Below are positions 42,172-53,890 of a stretch of DNA of 64,000 nt, one piece after another. Under the pieces are notes generated by a model. That model was not told where the DNA came from. It saw only the letters and a list, made by a program, of their open reading frames with translations, and did not search any database. The position numbers and the translations under genes were made by a program. This stretch comes from Histomonas meleagridis 2922-C6/04-290x. Its lineage: Eukaryota; Protista; Parabasalia. Location: positions 124,001 to 188,000 of the forward strand of contig JAANOX010000149.1 of NCBI GenBank assembly GCA_020184695.1, written 5' to 3'. Within the stretch, counting starts at the first letter, position 1. Each line of letters opens with the position of its first letter.

Positions 42172-44337
42172 ATGAAATATGAAGGACATTCTCAATTAAT
42201 GATTACATTAATTCACATTGGCACTTTCATCCTCCTCATAAATTTCAGCAAACATTTTTTTATTTCATATAAATATTATTTTTATTCTCTCACTGAAAAT
42301 AAAACAATGAACAAGCATGTGCATAACAAAAGCATTCATTACATGCCAAGTAACAAGAGAGAACTCATAAAGAGTAAAATATATTTACAAAAAATTCAAA
42401 CAGCAAACAACATAAATCATTTACTGCAATGCGTTTCACTCAACAATTTCCTAAATAACAATAGAATAGGTTTTAAGCATTTCGTTTCTTCAAATTTAAT
42501 AATTTCGTATTTTTATTCCAAAATAACTGCAATCTTTCATATCCTGTATAATATTTATCATTTTAATGAAAGTTTTCAATGTAATTTATCAATGAATTGC
42601 AGCAATAATATTCTTAAGTATCTACCAAAGATATTTAATGCTATAATTCCTTCTATATATTCAAATATAACTTTGTACGTATTTATATTTTTTGTTTTTA
42701 CTTTCTTTTCCAAAATATATTTTAATCAGAAAAGCATTCATCAAAAAAACGAAGTTATTCTGATTTTATTGATTATATTTTTTGTTAATACAAAGCAATC
42801 ATATGAAGAAGAGACAAAAACACTCACAATATCTGATTTCATTGATTATTCAAAAGATTATATGAATGATACAGAACGTGTTATAATTATTGATGTTGGC
42901 GAGATTGAAAGTAATGCATTCAGAGAATGGCCTTTATTAACAACAGTAATAATTGGAGAAACAGTTGAAAATATCGGTAGTAGAGCATTTGCATCATGTA
43001 AACAATTAAAATATGTCCAATTTCCAGATAAATTAATGGGTGGAATTGGAGGTGGTGCATTTGCAGAATGTATTTCATTAAATAACATTACAATCCGTTG
43101 CAATAGCATTGGTGGTAATGCATTTTATAAATGTACAGGACTTGAAACGATAACATTATATGAAGGCGTACGAAATATTGACGCTGATGCATTCAGAGGA
43201 TGTACAAACCTTGTGAATATTTATATACCAAGTTCAGTTACTTTAATTGGGAATGCATTTTTAGAATGTACAAATCTTCAATTTATTAATGTTTCAGAAG
43301 AAAATATTGGATATTCGAATTATGAAAATGATGGCGTTTTATATAATAAAGAAATTACATATATTATTAGTTATCCGAATATGAAAAGTAAAACATTTAC
43401 AATTCCTAAATCAGTCATTTCTATTATGAATTATTCTTTTGCAAGTTGTAATAATTTAGAAAGAATTTTTATTGATGAAAATGTTCAATAAATTAATTCA
43501 TGTGCATTTGTTAATTGTACATCACTTCAATGTATTTATTTTAATGGAGAAATTTCACCAAAAATCCAAAATGATGCATTTGTTAATATAAATGCGACAT
43601 TAGTTATGACAATAGAAACATATCAAAATGAAACATTTGGAAATATGGAAATTACTAAGGGAACAACACTTGACGAATGTCTCCCGCCAACACGCACATT
43701 CACATTGACACAAAGTGATACATTCACTAACTCAAATACATTTACTAACATAAATACATTTGCTAATTCAAATACATTTACGAAATCAAAAAATAATTTT
43801 GATTCAAATACTTATGTTAATACATTTTCGATGAATTTTACTTTTGTTAATACTATTACTTTAACTTATTCTTTATCGTTTATAAAAACTTTATCAAATT
43901 ATTATACGTTCATAAAATCATATTCAGTTACTTTCATTGAATCTGAAACTAAATATATTTATGTCGATTTCATATATTATAATTATACAATTATATATTA
44001 TCCGGAATATTTTACTTATTATTCGAATTTCTTTTATATTTCTTATATCGAAGATGTAATAATAAACACTGATGATAATAATACATTAATTATCATTATA
44101 ATTGTTGTTGTAATTGTAATAGTTATTGTATTTATAATGATAATTATAATATTTATGATTAAATATCAAAATAAGAAGCGGAAACAAAATGAAGAAGAAA
44201 TGAATATTTCAGATGAAAATAATAATAAAATTAATGAAATAGATAATACATTTTCAGTTGGTATTAATAATTCAAATATTGAAGAAGATCCATTTGCAGA
44301 TGAATTCAAAGAAGAAAAATTTATCAGTCAGATATAA
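42172..44337 (+). pseudogene. BspA-like (TpLRR) surface protein with one in-frame TAA
   Basis: TpLRR repeats (IGSRAFASCKQLKYVQFP, IDADAFRGCTNLVNIYIP). TAA at 43489-43491 is followed in frame by INSCAFVNCTSLQCIYF, NTFT repeats, a TM helix and a DPFADEFKEE tail. True start uncertain. Confidence 0.8.
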
Positions 44338-45094
44338 ATAAACATATTTTAAGAACAAAATATTTTAATTTGTTTATTAATTTAATAAATACAAACTTTT
44401 GTGTTATTTAGAAAATTTTATGTTTCTTCTACTATATAATTATTACAGTAAATCCAATTTATCCAAATCATAAACACTAAAAGTAAATGATAAATTAATT
44501 AAAGAAAAAAATTGGAAATTTAGAGATATTACGGTAAAAATGCATTATTTTTTTAAAAATCAAAAGATATTCAATTTCATATAAAAACAAGATAACAAAA
44601 TTTGGTTAAGATAATTTTATTGAATAGAATGTGTATACTTATTTATTTATATTTTTTAAATTTAGTTCAGTTGAAAATGACAAAAATTGATTTTCTGATT
44701 TGAAACGACCGTTTATTTGGTTGACAGCGTCTTATTTACGTTTTCAGTTGTATTGTACTTCATCACGTTTAGGAAAAAAGAATCAAATAGATGGGCTTTA
44801 TCATATGCCACTTTTTTATTTCATACGAACAAATAACCTATAAAAAAGTTTCAAGCTGGATTTTATGGAAACGTTTCCATAAGATTAGAATGGAAGAAAT
44901 TATCTTTTCATGTTGAATGAAAAATATTTCTTTTAAATTTTCTATAGCAGCTTATTTACTTTTATTATTGATAAATTATTTGATTGAAAGAATTGATAAA
45001 TTTTGCATTAAAAGGATTCTTGGAATCATTTGGTTGAAACAAAAATGTTATTTTTACAAAAATTGAATCAAAAAAATAATAAAGAGCAGTGCTT

Positions 45095-45736
45095 TTAGAA
45101 TTGATCAATGATTGGTTGAAGAGGAGCGAATTCTTTTGGATCCATCAAATTGTATTGCTTCACAAACGCAATAAAGTGACGGAAAGAGGTGTTCAGGTGT
45201 CCCATTCCGCCAATTTTCTTTAGTGAATCTTTGTGATGGAAATAAATATGGGCGTAAATACGAAACATTCTTCTAAAGATTTTTGAAACAATTTTCAAAA
45301 AATCTGGTGGATATGGTATGATTGGGTCATCAGGGAATATATCTGGATTGTTAAGCAATTGAGTTATCCAATCAACAAGTAATTCCATATATTTATGTGC
45401 TGGAAGATCAGTTGGCTTCTTATATTGAGCACTGTCTTCCCAATAATATTGGTAATTACCTGCTGACATATGTGGACATGATTCAGTCGTGCATTTATCC
45501 TCAACAATTGAATAAAAAAGGTTAAGCTCATTATAAAATTCGAGTGTATTCATTGAAAGCCAATCATTTACATCTCTTCCTGGCGGACATTTGACAGAAG
45601 CTTCAAGATTTTCAGATCCAAGAGTTGCTTTCAAAGTTTCGAATGCGTTGAATGCACGGTGGTTGGGAGAAACATGTTTGATAGGTCTGAATGTTGATTT
45701 TCCAAAGTTGGAGAAAAAGGCAAAAATCGAAGACAT
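45095..45736 (-). CDS. MOB1: MOB1/phocein family kinase activator
   Basis: VKCPPGRDVNDWLSMNT, CTTESCPHMSAG, IFRRMFRIYAHIYFHH, HLNTSFRHF; first ATG at 45736. Confidence 0.93.
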   Translation of the reverse strand: MSSIFAFFSNFGKSTFRPIKHVSPNHRAFNAFETLKATLGSENLEASVKCPPGRDVNDWLSMNTLEFYNELNLFYSIVEDKCTTESCPHMSAGNYQYYWEDSAQYKKPTDLPAHKYMELLVDWITQLLNNPDIFPDDPIIPYPPDFLKIVSKIFRRMFRIYAHIYFHHKDSLKKIGGMGHLNTSFRHFIAFVKQYNLMDPKEFAPLQPIIDQF

Positions 45737-46446
45737 GCCCGCTATGAAAAGTGTCAAAATGGCTTTAATTCAAAAATTGAATTTTTGTGATGAGAACTTT
45801 TGCGAGGTAAAGCTTTGTTTTTTAGAAAATTTCTTGCACCAAGTCATGGGTTGCGAATTTGTACAAAAAGAATGTTTGAAAATATTAAGTAATGCCTTGA
45901 TTTTGAACTTCTGTTTATAATTCTAATTTAAAAAAAAAGCATTTTGAAATTATCAAAAATGATCATAAAAAAATAATAAAATATAAACACGTTAGCTTTA
46001 TATATTACGATATGCAAGATAATTTATTTTAAATTCTTGACATTTAATTCAGTGGGAAATGAAAAAAATAATTTTTGATTCTATACGACCGTTTATGGTT
46101 GATAAGATCCTAATTTGTTTTTGAACAATTACATTAATATTTCGCGATTTAAATAATCAAATACATGGATGAGCTAGATCTAGAAAATCATGAAAAGAAA
46201 AACATAGCAACATGAGTGGCTGTTAAAATTCATTTGTTTGATCCAATTTGGAAGCATTGTTGTGGTTTTTACTTTATTATACTAAAGTTATAATATTTTA
46301 TAAAAAATTGTGTGTGCATTTTTCTTTTTTAGGTGGAAACATTACAAATCAACGGAAATTATTAGAAAAAATGCATTGATATTCTGAATAATAATTTATT
46401 ACCAATAAATCTCTTTATTTAGTTTATGTAAATGCATATCGCTTAT

Positions 46447-46524
46447 GATTAATTCTTCAATTAAAATTTAATTAAAATTTTGATTAATTCTTCAATTAAA
46501 ATTTAATTGAAATTTTGATTAATT
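46447..46524. repeat. 35-bp AT-rich tandem duplication
   Basis: GATTAATTCTTCAATTAAAATTTAATT(A/G)AAATTTT at 46447 and 46482, partial third copy. Confidence 0.7.
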
Positions 46525-46902
46525 TGACTATAAAATTTTCTTGATTATTTTTATTTTTTTAGAGCTGCATTGTATTTTTATTCGCTTATGATATTGAATA
46601 TATATTAAAATATATGAAATGATCAAAAACTTCTCTAATCGACACCTTTGTTCATTACATTTTAATATATCATTGAATAAATACTATATGAATTTAAATA
46701 TATCTTTAATTATTATTTTATGAAAAATCAGAATTATTATATCATTATTTCGGTGAGATGTTTGACCCAAATTTTTCATCAATTAGAATAAAGCCTCAAT
46801 TCAAATATTGAATAACGGTGGGAAAAAGCGAGATTTAGCCCTCAGAAAATTGAATGATCACCGTTTCGTGCATTATATAATTTTAGAATCATTCATAGTT
46901 CG

Positions 46903-47949
46903 ATGGAATCCTTGAGAAAGACTATGTCTCTCCAGATAGCTAAGGTAGAAGCTAATCTTTTCGTAGAGAAAAACCGTAAAAACGAAGACCCTGAATTTAT
47001 TTCGGCTTATGATCGATACAAAGAATCAAAATCTCAATTTCAAAAATTATCACATGCAATAAATAAGGTATTTGAAAGGTTGAAAGCATCAGTAGACGCT
47101 GAAAAAACAGCAAAGGTTTATTTTATGACCATCTTACAGCCAAATATAAGTCAGCCAGTACCAGAAATGCATATGGACACCGAACTACCAAATTGTATTT
47201 CATCACCTTTAAATGAAATTAAAATTATTTTTAAAGATTTTAAGTCATTAAAAGATAAAAGGAAAAAGTTTCGAATATTACTCAAAAAAGAACAAGAAGC
47301 CTTAGCGCATGCAGAAGAAAAAAAGAAAAATGTTCAAAAACATCAAGAAGCTGTTCGCTCTCTTGAAGAAAAATATCAAAGTTTTCATCAACAATTCATT
47401 TCATCAATTAACAAATTCACTCAAAACAAAGCAGCGATTTACCAACCACTTTATAATGGATATAAGCAATTATTACATGAAATAAGTATCCAAACAGAAA
47501 AGGCTTTACTATGCGAAAATACAACTAACCTTCACTCAGCACAGCCACTATCACGCGAAAATTCACAAGCTCAGATTGAAATGCAAGCTCCAGTCTTAGC
47601 AAATTATCAACCATTAATCACATTACCAGAAGTTCCAGAAAGAAAAGAAAACTCACAGCCTGTGGTACAAAGCGAAATTGTCACGGCTGATATTAATTCC
47701 GATTTCCCACTCATCCCAGATAATATCAAATTTCCATCAGTCGTTCCTACCATTCTTCCGACTCCTCCTGACCAAACCCCTTCTAAAGATCCTGATTCAG
47801 GATTAGCAGCGCTTCAAATTCTTAATGATAATCAAAATCAATTTCCACAAGAACAAATGAAAGAAGGACAGTTTGAAGACGCGTTTTCAACACCTCCTTC
47901 TACGTATCAAACCAAATTCCGAGAAGAAGATCTTCTATTATTTATGTAA
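46903..47949 (+). CDS. BAR-domain-like coiled-coil protein with a Pro-rich tail
   Basis: EDPEFISAY at the N-terminus, three long helices, low-complexity C-terminus. Confidence 0.65.
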   Translation: MESLRKTMSLQIAKVEANLFVEKNRKNEDPEFISAYDRYKESKSQFQKLSHAINKVFERLKASVDAEKTAKVYFMTILQPNISQPVPEMHMDTELPNCISSPLNEIKIIFKDFKSLKDKRKKFRILLKKEQEALAHAEEKKKNVQKHQEAVRSLEEKYQSFHQQFISSINKFTQNKAAIYQPLYNGYKQLLHEISIQTEKALLCENTTNLHSAQPLSRENSQAQIEMQAPVLANYQPLITLPEVPERKENSQPVVQSEIVTADINSDFPLIPDNIKFPSVVPTILPTPPDQTPSKDPDSGLAALQILNDNQNQFPQEQMKEGQFEDAFSTPPSTYQTKFREEDLLLFM

Positions 47950-47980
47950 AAAAAAATTAGATATATATAAACATAACAAT

Positions 47981-49525
47981 TTATGAACCATGAACTATCA
48001 TTTCACGATTAATTTTGTGCATTTCTTCTTCCAGAATTTTTTTATTTTGCGGAATATCATCCGATAACTCTGAATAGATGTGATAAACGTTCTCTTTGAT
48101 GTCCAACGGGGCACCCCGGTCGACGATAGATTTCAATTGAGGGAAAACTTTTTCATTGATGAAGTTGCAGCCAAAAGTTTTCGACATTGCTAAAATTGCT
48201 GACGATGATAAACATCGTGTGTGAAGACATGGATCTGATAACTTCCCGGCAATTTTATCAACAAATTGTAATACAACTTGATGTAAGTTTTGATATTCAA
48301 GGAATTTCTCGATAATCTCAATCGCAGTTCCTATATTTCTCCAATTGTTCGTCTTGAACTTGTTATTAATCCACTTAACAATTACATTTATGTCGTTCTT
48401 AGTGAGCAGATTATTTACATATGGAACAAGACAACTTAAGCAAGCATCAATGACAGAACTTTGATCTTTGGACTTAAGAACTTGAATAAAACGTACAAAT
48501 TTGCTCGGATCAGCAGCTCCACTTTCGAATAATTTTGGCAATAAACTAAGTGCTGAAACAATTATAATGTCATTTTGTTGTTTAAGAGCACTCTCAACTA
48601 AGCGAATAAACATTTCGTCTTTTGGAGAAATTTCAGGTAAAATCTCATTTGCCTTTTCAAATGACATTGCGCGAATAAAACCCATATTATCCTTCAAAAA
48701 TGAGAGAAAACATGGAATAAATTCGGGAAAAGAAGTAATGAACGGTCCAATATTTTGAAGAAAAGCAAAACGAACTTTCCATGATGAATCTTTTGACATT
48801 GCAAGGAAAGGTCGTGGATCACTAATAAGTTGTGGGTAATTGGACGCTACTAACAAAGAATGTGTTCGGATACGTGCATCTTTGTCAGTGACAGATGGAA
48901 CAATAATTTTGTTAAATAATTCTTGTTTGTTTTCACTGTAATCAACAATGCCAGAGAATGAATCTATGATAGAAATTTTTAGAATGATGACTTTTGTGTT
49001 GTATAATTGTATATAATGTTGTATAAGAAAATCAAGATTTTTGGCTGAAAGCTTTGGTGCAAGTTTTATAGTGAATGGTAAAATGATCGAAAGAGAATCT
49101 TCACATTCACTATCAAAAAGTAGAGAGAAATATGGAAAGAACTTTGTTTGAATAAATTTATCGCTACACATTTCCAAAAAAGAATCACTAAATTCCATAA
49201 TTTCTTTTGCTATTGAACTCCCGCCTTCTTGCATTATTTTTCTTAAGAGAATTAGAAAAGATGTTAATACTAATTCATCGACTCCTTTGAAAACAAGACA
49301 ATTTAGATTTCTAAGGAGAACCCTTGTCGAAAATATGTCGCCGAAATCACAACATTGCAAAAGAAAACCAATAAGTTGTATTCTATTGGAAGATGTATAA
49401 TTTTTTGTAATCTCTGGCAAGTTGTAAAACAGTGTAATACATGCATCTGGGTTACGTGCAATAATGTCCTGAATAAGCATGTGCTGTTGATTCATTTGCA
49501 AGTTTTCCAAAACTTGCGTGGACAT
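47981..49525 (-). CDS. HEAT-repeat protein, PP2A scaffold (A subunit)-like
   Basis: DKDARIRTH, KDSSWKVRFAF, KDNMGFIRAMS, NNWRNIG, SDPCLHTR; first ATG at 49525. Confidence 0.8.
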   Translation of the reverse strand: MSTQVLENLQMNQQHMLIQDIIARNPDACITLFYNLPEITKNYTSSNRIQLIGFLLQCCDFGDIFSTRVLLRNLNCLVFKGVDELVLTSFLILLRKIMQEGGSSIAKEIMEFSDSFLEMCSDKFIQTKFFPYFSLLFDSECEDSLSIILPFTIKLAPKLSAKNLDFLIQHYIQLYNTKVIILKISIIDSFSGIVDYSENKQELFNKIIVPSVTDKDARIRTHSLLVASNYPQLISDPRPFLAMSKDSSWKVRFAFLQNIGPFITSFPEFIPCFLSFLKDNMGFIRAMSFEKANEILPEISPKDEMFIRLVESALKQQNDIIIVSALSLLPKLFESGAADPSKFVRFIQVLKSKDQSSVIDACLSCLVPYVNNLLTKNDINVIVKWINNKFKTNNWRNIGTAIEIIEKFLEYQNLHQVVLQFVDKIAGKLSDPCLHTRCLSSSAILAMSKTFGCNFINEKVFPQLKSIVDRGAPLDIKENVYHIYSELSDDIPQNKKILEEEMHKINREMIVHGS

Positions 49526-50073
49526 GAGATTTAGTGGCCCCAAATTTAACGATTAAAACAGATTCAAATATCAAAAACAACGCTATCATTAATACAAAAA
49601 ATTGAATACACCAGAATACAAAAACGACTCAAGCCGCTGTCAAACGCCAAAATATTATACTGAATTACCGTCATTAAAAGTGCCAAACGATAAAATCAAA
49701 TTCAGTATTTTACAAAATGTTTTAGGCACGCTGAAGAATAACTTTAAATTTATAATTTAAGATATAAAAATATTGAAAATATTATATTAACAAGCTTTTT
49801 TAAGAAAATTTATAATAAATATTCAAGCGTTGTCAAAGCAATTAATAAATTAGGGATTTAAATAAAAAGTGGTTTACATTAAGCATCGTGTATCACATCC
49901 TATTCTACCCACTAAACCAGTTCAACTTATGTAATTTCAAGACTGTGATTTGTCAATAACTGCACACAAAGATGAAATGATTTATATTTTACATCAAAAA
50001 ATTTTTCATAAGTTTATGCAAAAGTTTGATCCAAAATCTGGAGTACGTTAACAAGCACTTTTATACTTATCTC

Positions 50074-50733
50074 ATGAGCAAACAAGAAAAAACAAAAACA
50101 GTACAGCAACTCAAACGCGAAATAAAGGCTGTTAAAAATGAGATTCGCTCGCACGAAAATAAGCTTAGGGAAGTTGAGAAAGAATTTTTAATCCAAAAAG
50201 ACGAAACAGATAAACTTGCACAAGATGCCAGGGACACACGTGACGCTGCTATGGAAGCAAATGAAAAAATCAAATTAAAGTTAAAGCAATTTGATATCGA
50301 AACCAGAAAATTAAAACAAGACTTTATCACAGAAAAGCAAAATTTATCAACAAGTCTTTATGATATTAAATACGAAAGAATGAGAATTAATAAACTCACT
50401 AATTTAACAGCACAGAAATTAAGTATTCTTGAAAATAAAATACAAGCAGAAATTGAATTACTTTTAAAAACAGAAAAAAGGGAAAAGCAAGAACTCGAGT
50501 TGTCGTTGCTCGAGCTACAGAGTCTTGAAAGTGAAGAGCATCGTTTGATACAATTAATTTGTGGTGTTAAACCGCCTGATTTTACAAAACAGAAACTTAT
50601 GCAAATTATACAAGAGAACATGTCACTGAGGCCAGCGGTGCCTCCTCACAAGCTCGATTCACAAATTAGAACACTCAAAGCACTCATGACAAAACTTCGA
50701 ATGGATATTGCAAAACTTCAACTTGAATGTTAA
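50074..50733 (+). CDS. Hypothetical coiled-coil protein
   Basis: Heptad-rich ORF; first ATG at 50074. Confidence 0.7.
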   Translation: MSKQEKTKTVQQLKREIKAVKNEIRSHENKLREVEKEFLIQKDETDKLAQDARDTRDAAMEANEKIKLKLKQFDIETRKLKQDFITEKQNLSTSLYDIKYERMRINKLTNLTAQKLSILENKIQAEIELLLKTEKREKQELELSLLELQSLESEEHRLIQLICGVKPPDFTKQKLMQIIQENMSLRPAVPPHKLDSQIRTLKALMTKLRMDIAKLQLEC

Positions 50734-50952
50734 TAAATAATTCAAAATGTTATAAATTGGCAAATAAATTTTAGTGTGTAAAATATTTTTAATGAAGTTG
50801 TAATTTGTCTTTTCTTTTTTCTGATCGCTTTTTAATGTTTCGGTTTTTACTTTTTGATTATATCGTTGTGACTTTTTGAGAATAATTAATTATTCAACAT
50901 CTTGACTATCAAATATCTTGATTTTTATTCAACTACACTCTTTATGGTTGGT

Positions 50953-53334
50953 TTAATATTCATCATATGAATTACTTTCTTCAAATTTTTCCTCTTCTTC
51001 TTTCCATTCAGTTTCACTATCATCTGTATAAAATGTTTCAATTGTATCAAGTACTAATGCTAAAACTTCCTTCATTTCAGGAGTTGTATCAATTTCTTCA
51101 AATTGAATGTTGTAATTATTTTCAATATTAATATCAGTTGCAACAATAGATGTTTTCTGAGTGTTATTTTTGGATATAAAATCATAATTTGGTGGTTGTA
51201 AAATGCTATTTTGTAACTCGCCTAATGTATAATATAATGATGGATTTGGTACAAGTAATGATTGAAGCGAAGGATAACTTATACGATAATTTTTGTTTAT
51301 TTCTTCAAATGATACAAATGCACAAGGGTAATTATTTGCAAAACATATTAATTGATCTATATCAAAATCATCTTTTAAATTCCTTTGAGTAATAAACATA
51401 CTACAGATATTTTGTGGAATTAATGTTTTTAAATTTTTTATTTTTTCCATAATTCCAATGTAATCATTTTCACCATGTTTAGAAAAATCATTACTAAAAA
51501 GTCTATCCAAATCTATTTCTGGTTGAATTATCATTCCTATTTTTATTTTCATAATATTACTATATAAAGAAAAAAATGTTTCTTTGTCTTCGATTTTTGT
51601 ATCATCACATGAAAATAAACAAATAGTACTATTCCTATAAAGAAAACGTAAAAGATCATTAATATCTTTTTCAATCATTCTTTGTCCATTTAAATTTAGT
51701 ACTGTTAATGATCCAATAATGCTAATTATTTCCATTAATATATCAAAATTTCCAGAAAAATTATGAACATTATCTCCTTTTAAAGATAGACTCCAAATTT
51801 GTCCTTTTGGAATATTTTCAACTAATTGTTTTAAATCATTAGCATTATATGGATTAAATATTCTGTCAAGTGAAAAAAATCGAAGTGAGTTTCCAAAAAT
51901 AGAAACAAAATCATGTGAAAATGATGAAATAAATTTATTTCCACTCCAATCAAGTTCTCTAATGCATTTTATTGGATCAAAATTCTTCATTTCTTGAAAA
52001 ACCATTAACCATTGATCTTCTTCTATAATAATATCAGAAAGTATTAATGATGTTGGTGTTGTATGTTCAGATAAAAGTTTTAAAAGTTTTCTAAATATCA
52101 AATAATTAAATTTACATTTAGATAAATTTATTACTCTTAAAGATTCAGGAATCTTTAATGAATTCTTAATGATTTCATCAATTCCTGAATTAATTAACCT
52201 AAGTTCATAGAAGTTAGGATTATTTGAACTCCCATGAATATTAAAAGGAGATAACCAATTTGATATAGAATAAACTTGAAGAAATCTACAATGTTTCTTC
52301 ACTAAATTCATACCATTTCTAAAAACAATTTCGCAATCTTTTTCAAATTTAACACTATCAAATTCAAGCATTTCAAGTGTTCTAAAGCACCGATAATAAA
52401 GTAAAGAATTAATAAAAGATGTACATGTTTTTAATGTAAAATCCATAGATATAAATGATAATCTTTGAATTTCACCTGAAAATGATTCAAAATGCTCAAA
52501 AAATTTTATAAATAAATTATCAGGAAATTTACAATCTATAAAAATAAGGTTAATTGGTCTTGAAATATTTAAAGTTTCAAATTCAAATTGTTGAGGATAA
52601 AGAATGAAATAATTTTTGAAAACAATGGTTTGTATCATATTTTGTTTTTCAAGTAGCTTTCTTATAAAAAAACATACATATGCAGGCAAAAATTCATTAA
52701 AAATAATTTTTCTTAAAGAATGAATACTAACAATTGGAAATAATAAACAAGTGGTTCTTGAAGGAGGTATATGTTCTTTATCAAGCTGAATATAATCGCT
52801 ATTATTGATATCAACATTTTTAAATAAATTTAATAATGATCTATTTCTAGATATTCGAAATCTACAACAAAGGCTTAAATATCTTGTAGAAATTTTATAA
52901 ATAAAATTTTCTTGAGACTTTTTTACTTTAAATTTATTTGGGAATGTTGTAAGTTTAAATTGTGTAAGACAATTATCATATACATCTAAATGAGATGTAA
53001 GCAAACAAATCACAATATCATTCGCATGTTTACATGAAATTATACATTGTTTATCCCCATAAAAAATTACCCTTTTTTTAGGAGAATGATATTGTATTTC
53101 TTTAATATCAAAAATGGATATAAAAATGAGATGTGATAAACCATTAGATAAATATCCGCTTCTTAAAAACAATATTCCTGAATGATTAACAAATACATAT
53201 CCAGAAATCTTTTTCTCATTTCCTTGTTCATATACAAAACATTTTTCAGCAAATAATGTCTTTAATAATGAATGTTTATATTGTTCTGGAATCATTTTTA
53301 ATACAGATTCCTTTACATGTATATTATTACACAT
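50953..53334 (-). CDS. Leucine-rich repeat protein (CARMIL-like PH plus LRR architecture)
   Basis: LRVINLSKCKF, IRELDWSGN, LTVLNLNGQRM; PH-like N-terminus; acidic tail. Confidence 0.7.
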   Translation of the reverse strand: MCNNIHVKESVLKMIPEQYKHSLLKTLFAEKCFVYEQGNEKKISGYVFVNHSGILFLRSGYLSNGLSHLIFISIFDIKEIQYHSPKKRVIFYGDKQCIISCKHANDIVICLLTSHLDVYDNCLTQFKLTTFPNKFKVKKSQENFIYKISTRYLSLCCRFRISRNRSLLNLFKNVDINNSDYIQLDKEHIPPSRTTCLLFPIVSIHSLRKIIFNEFLPAYVCFFIRKLLEKQNMIQTIVFKNYFILYPQQFEFETLNISRPINLIFIDCKFPDNLFIKFFEHFESFSGEIQRLSFISMDFTLKTCTSFINSLLYYRCFRTLEMLEFDSVKFEKDCEIVFRNGMNLVKKHCRFLQVYSISNWLSPFNIHGSSNNPNFYELRLINSGIDEIIKNSLKIPESLRVINLSKCKFNYLIFRKLLKLLSEHTTPTSLILSDIIIEEDQWLMVFQEMKNFDPIKCIRELDWSGNKFISSFSHDFVSIFGNSLRFFSLDRIFNPYNANDLKQLVENIPKGQIWSLSLKGDNVHNFSGNFDILMEIISIIGSLTVLNLNGQRMIEKDINDLLRFLYRNSTICLFSCDDTKIEDKETFFSLYSNIMKIKIGMIIQPEIDLDRLFSNDFSKHGENDYIGIMEKIKNLKTLIPQNICSMFITQRNLKDDFDIDQLICFANNYPCAFVSFEEINKNYRISYPSLQSLLVPNPSLYYTLGELQNSILQPPNYDFISKNNTQKTSIVATDINIENNYNIQFEEIDTTPEMKEVLALVLDTIETFYTDDSETEWKEEEEKFEESNSYDEY

Positions 53335-53413
53335 TAAACAAAAAACCGATTTTTATGATATATAAAATGATTTTTATTTAAAAATGTGCTTTAGATTTAT
53401 GTCAAAAAATTAA

Positions 53414-53890
53414 TTAATCATCATTTGTCAGATTATATTCTTCATGAAGTTCTTGTATCTTTTTATGTTCCATTTCAGCTAGGTGACCAAGTATTAACTG
53501 TCCAATGTCTTTAGTTTCATTGTATTTATGTAATCGATTCATGTGATCATTAAGTTGCTTTTGTGTAGGAAATTCATCTTTTCGAAGCATTAATGAATCA
53601 ACTTCTTTGGAGAGACTATTGATTTTTATTCGAAGATCTAGAACTTGTTGAATTAAAGTTTTTCGTTCATTTTCCTTTAATGGAGATTGACATTTCCTTG
53701 TTGTAGTCTTCTTTTTCATTGAATCTGGTACAAACCAATAAACGTTTGGAAGATTTGGAATTTCTTTGATCTCCCCTGTTCGAATTAATGTTTCAAGGCG
53801 ATCATTTGAGAACATTGGACCACAGTACTCTTGCAGTTCATCAAGAGTAAGCGGTGCGTGGGCTGCTTGTAGAGCTGTAAGCATATCCAT
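53414..53890 (-). CDS. SWI5: Swi5/Sae3-like recombination accessory factor with an N-terminal extension
   Basis: HMNRLHKYNETKDIGQLILGHLA...ELHEEYNL matches the Swi5 motif LHxYNxxKDxGQxLxGxLA; first ATG at 53890. Confidence 0.85.
   Translation of the reverse strand: MDMLTALQAAHAPLTLDELQEYCGPMFSNDRLETLIRTGEIKEIPNLPNVYWFVPDSMKKKTTTRKCQSPLKENERKTLIQQVLDLRIKINSLSKEVDSLMLRKDEFPTQKQLNDHMNRLHKYNETKDIGQLILGHLAEMEHKKIQELHEEYNLTNDD

Noticed and set aside
42172-42720. N-terminal ~190 aa of the BspA ORF
   Set aside because: Low-complexity AT-rich translation with no LRR or family features; probably fortuitous open frame upstream of the true start.
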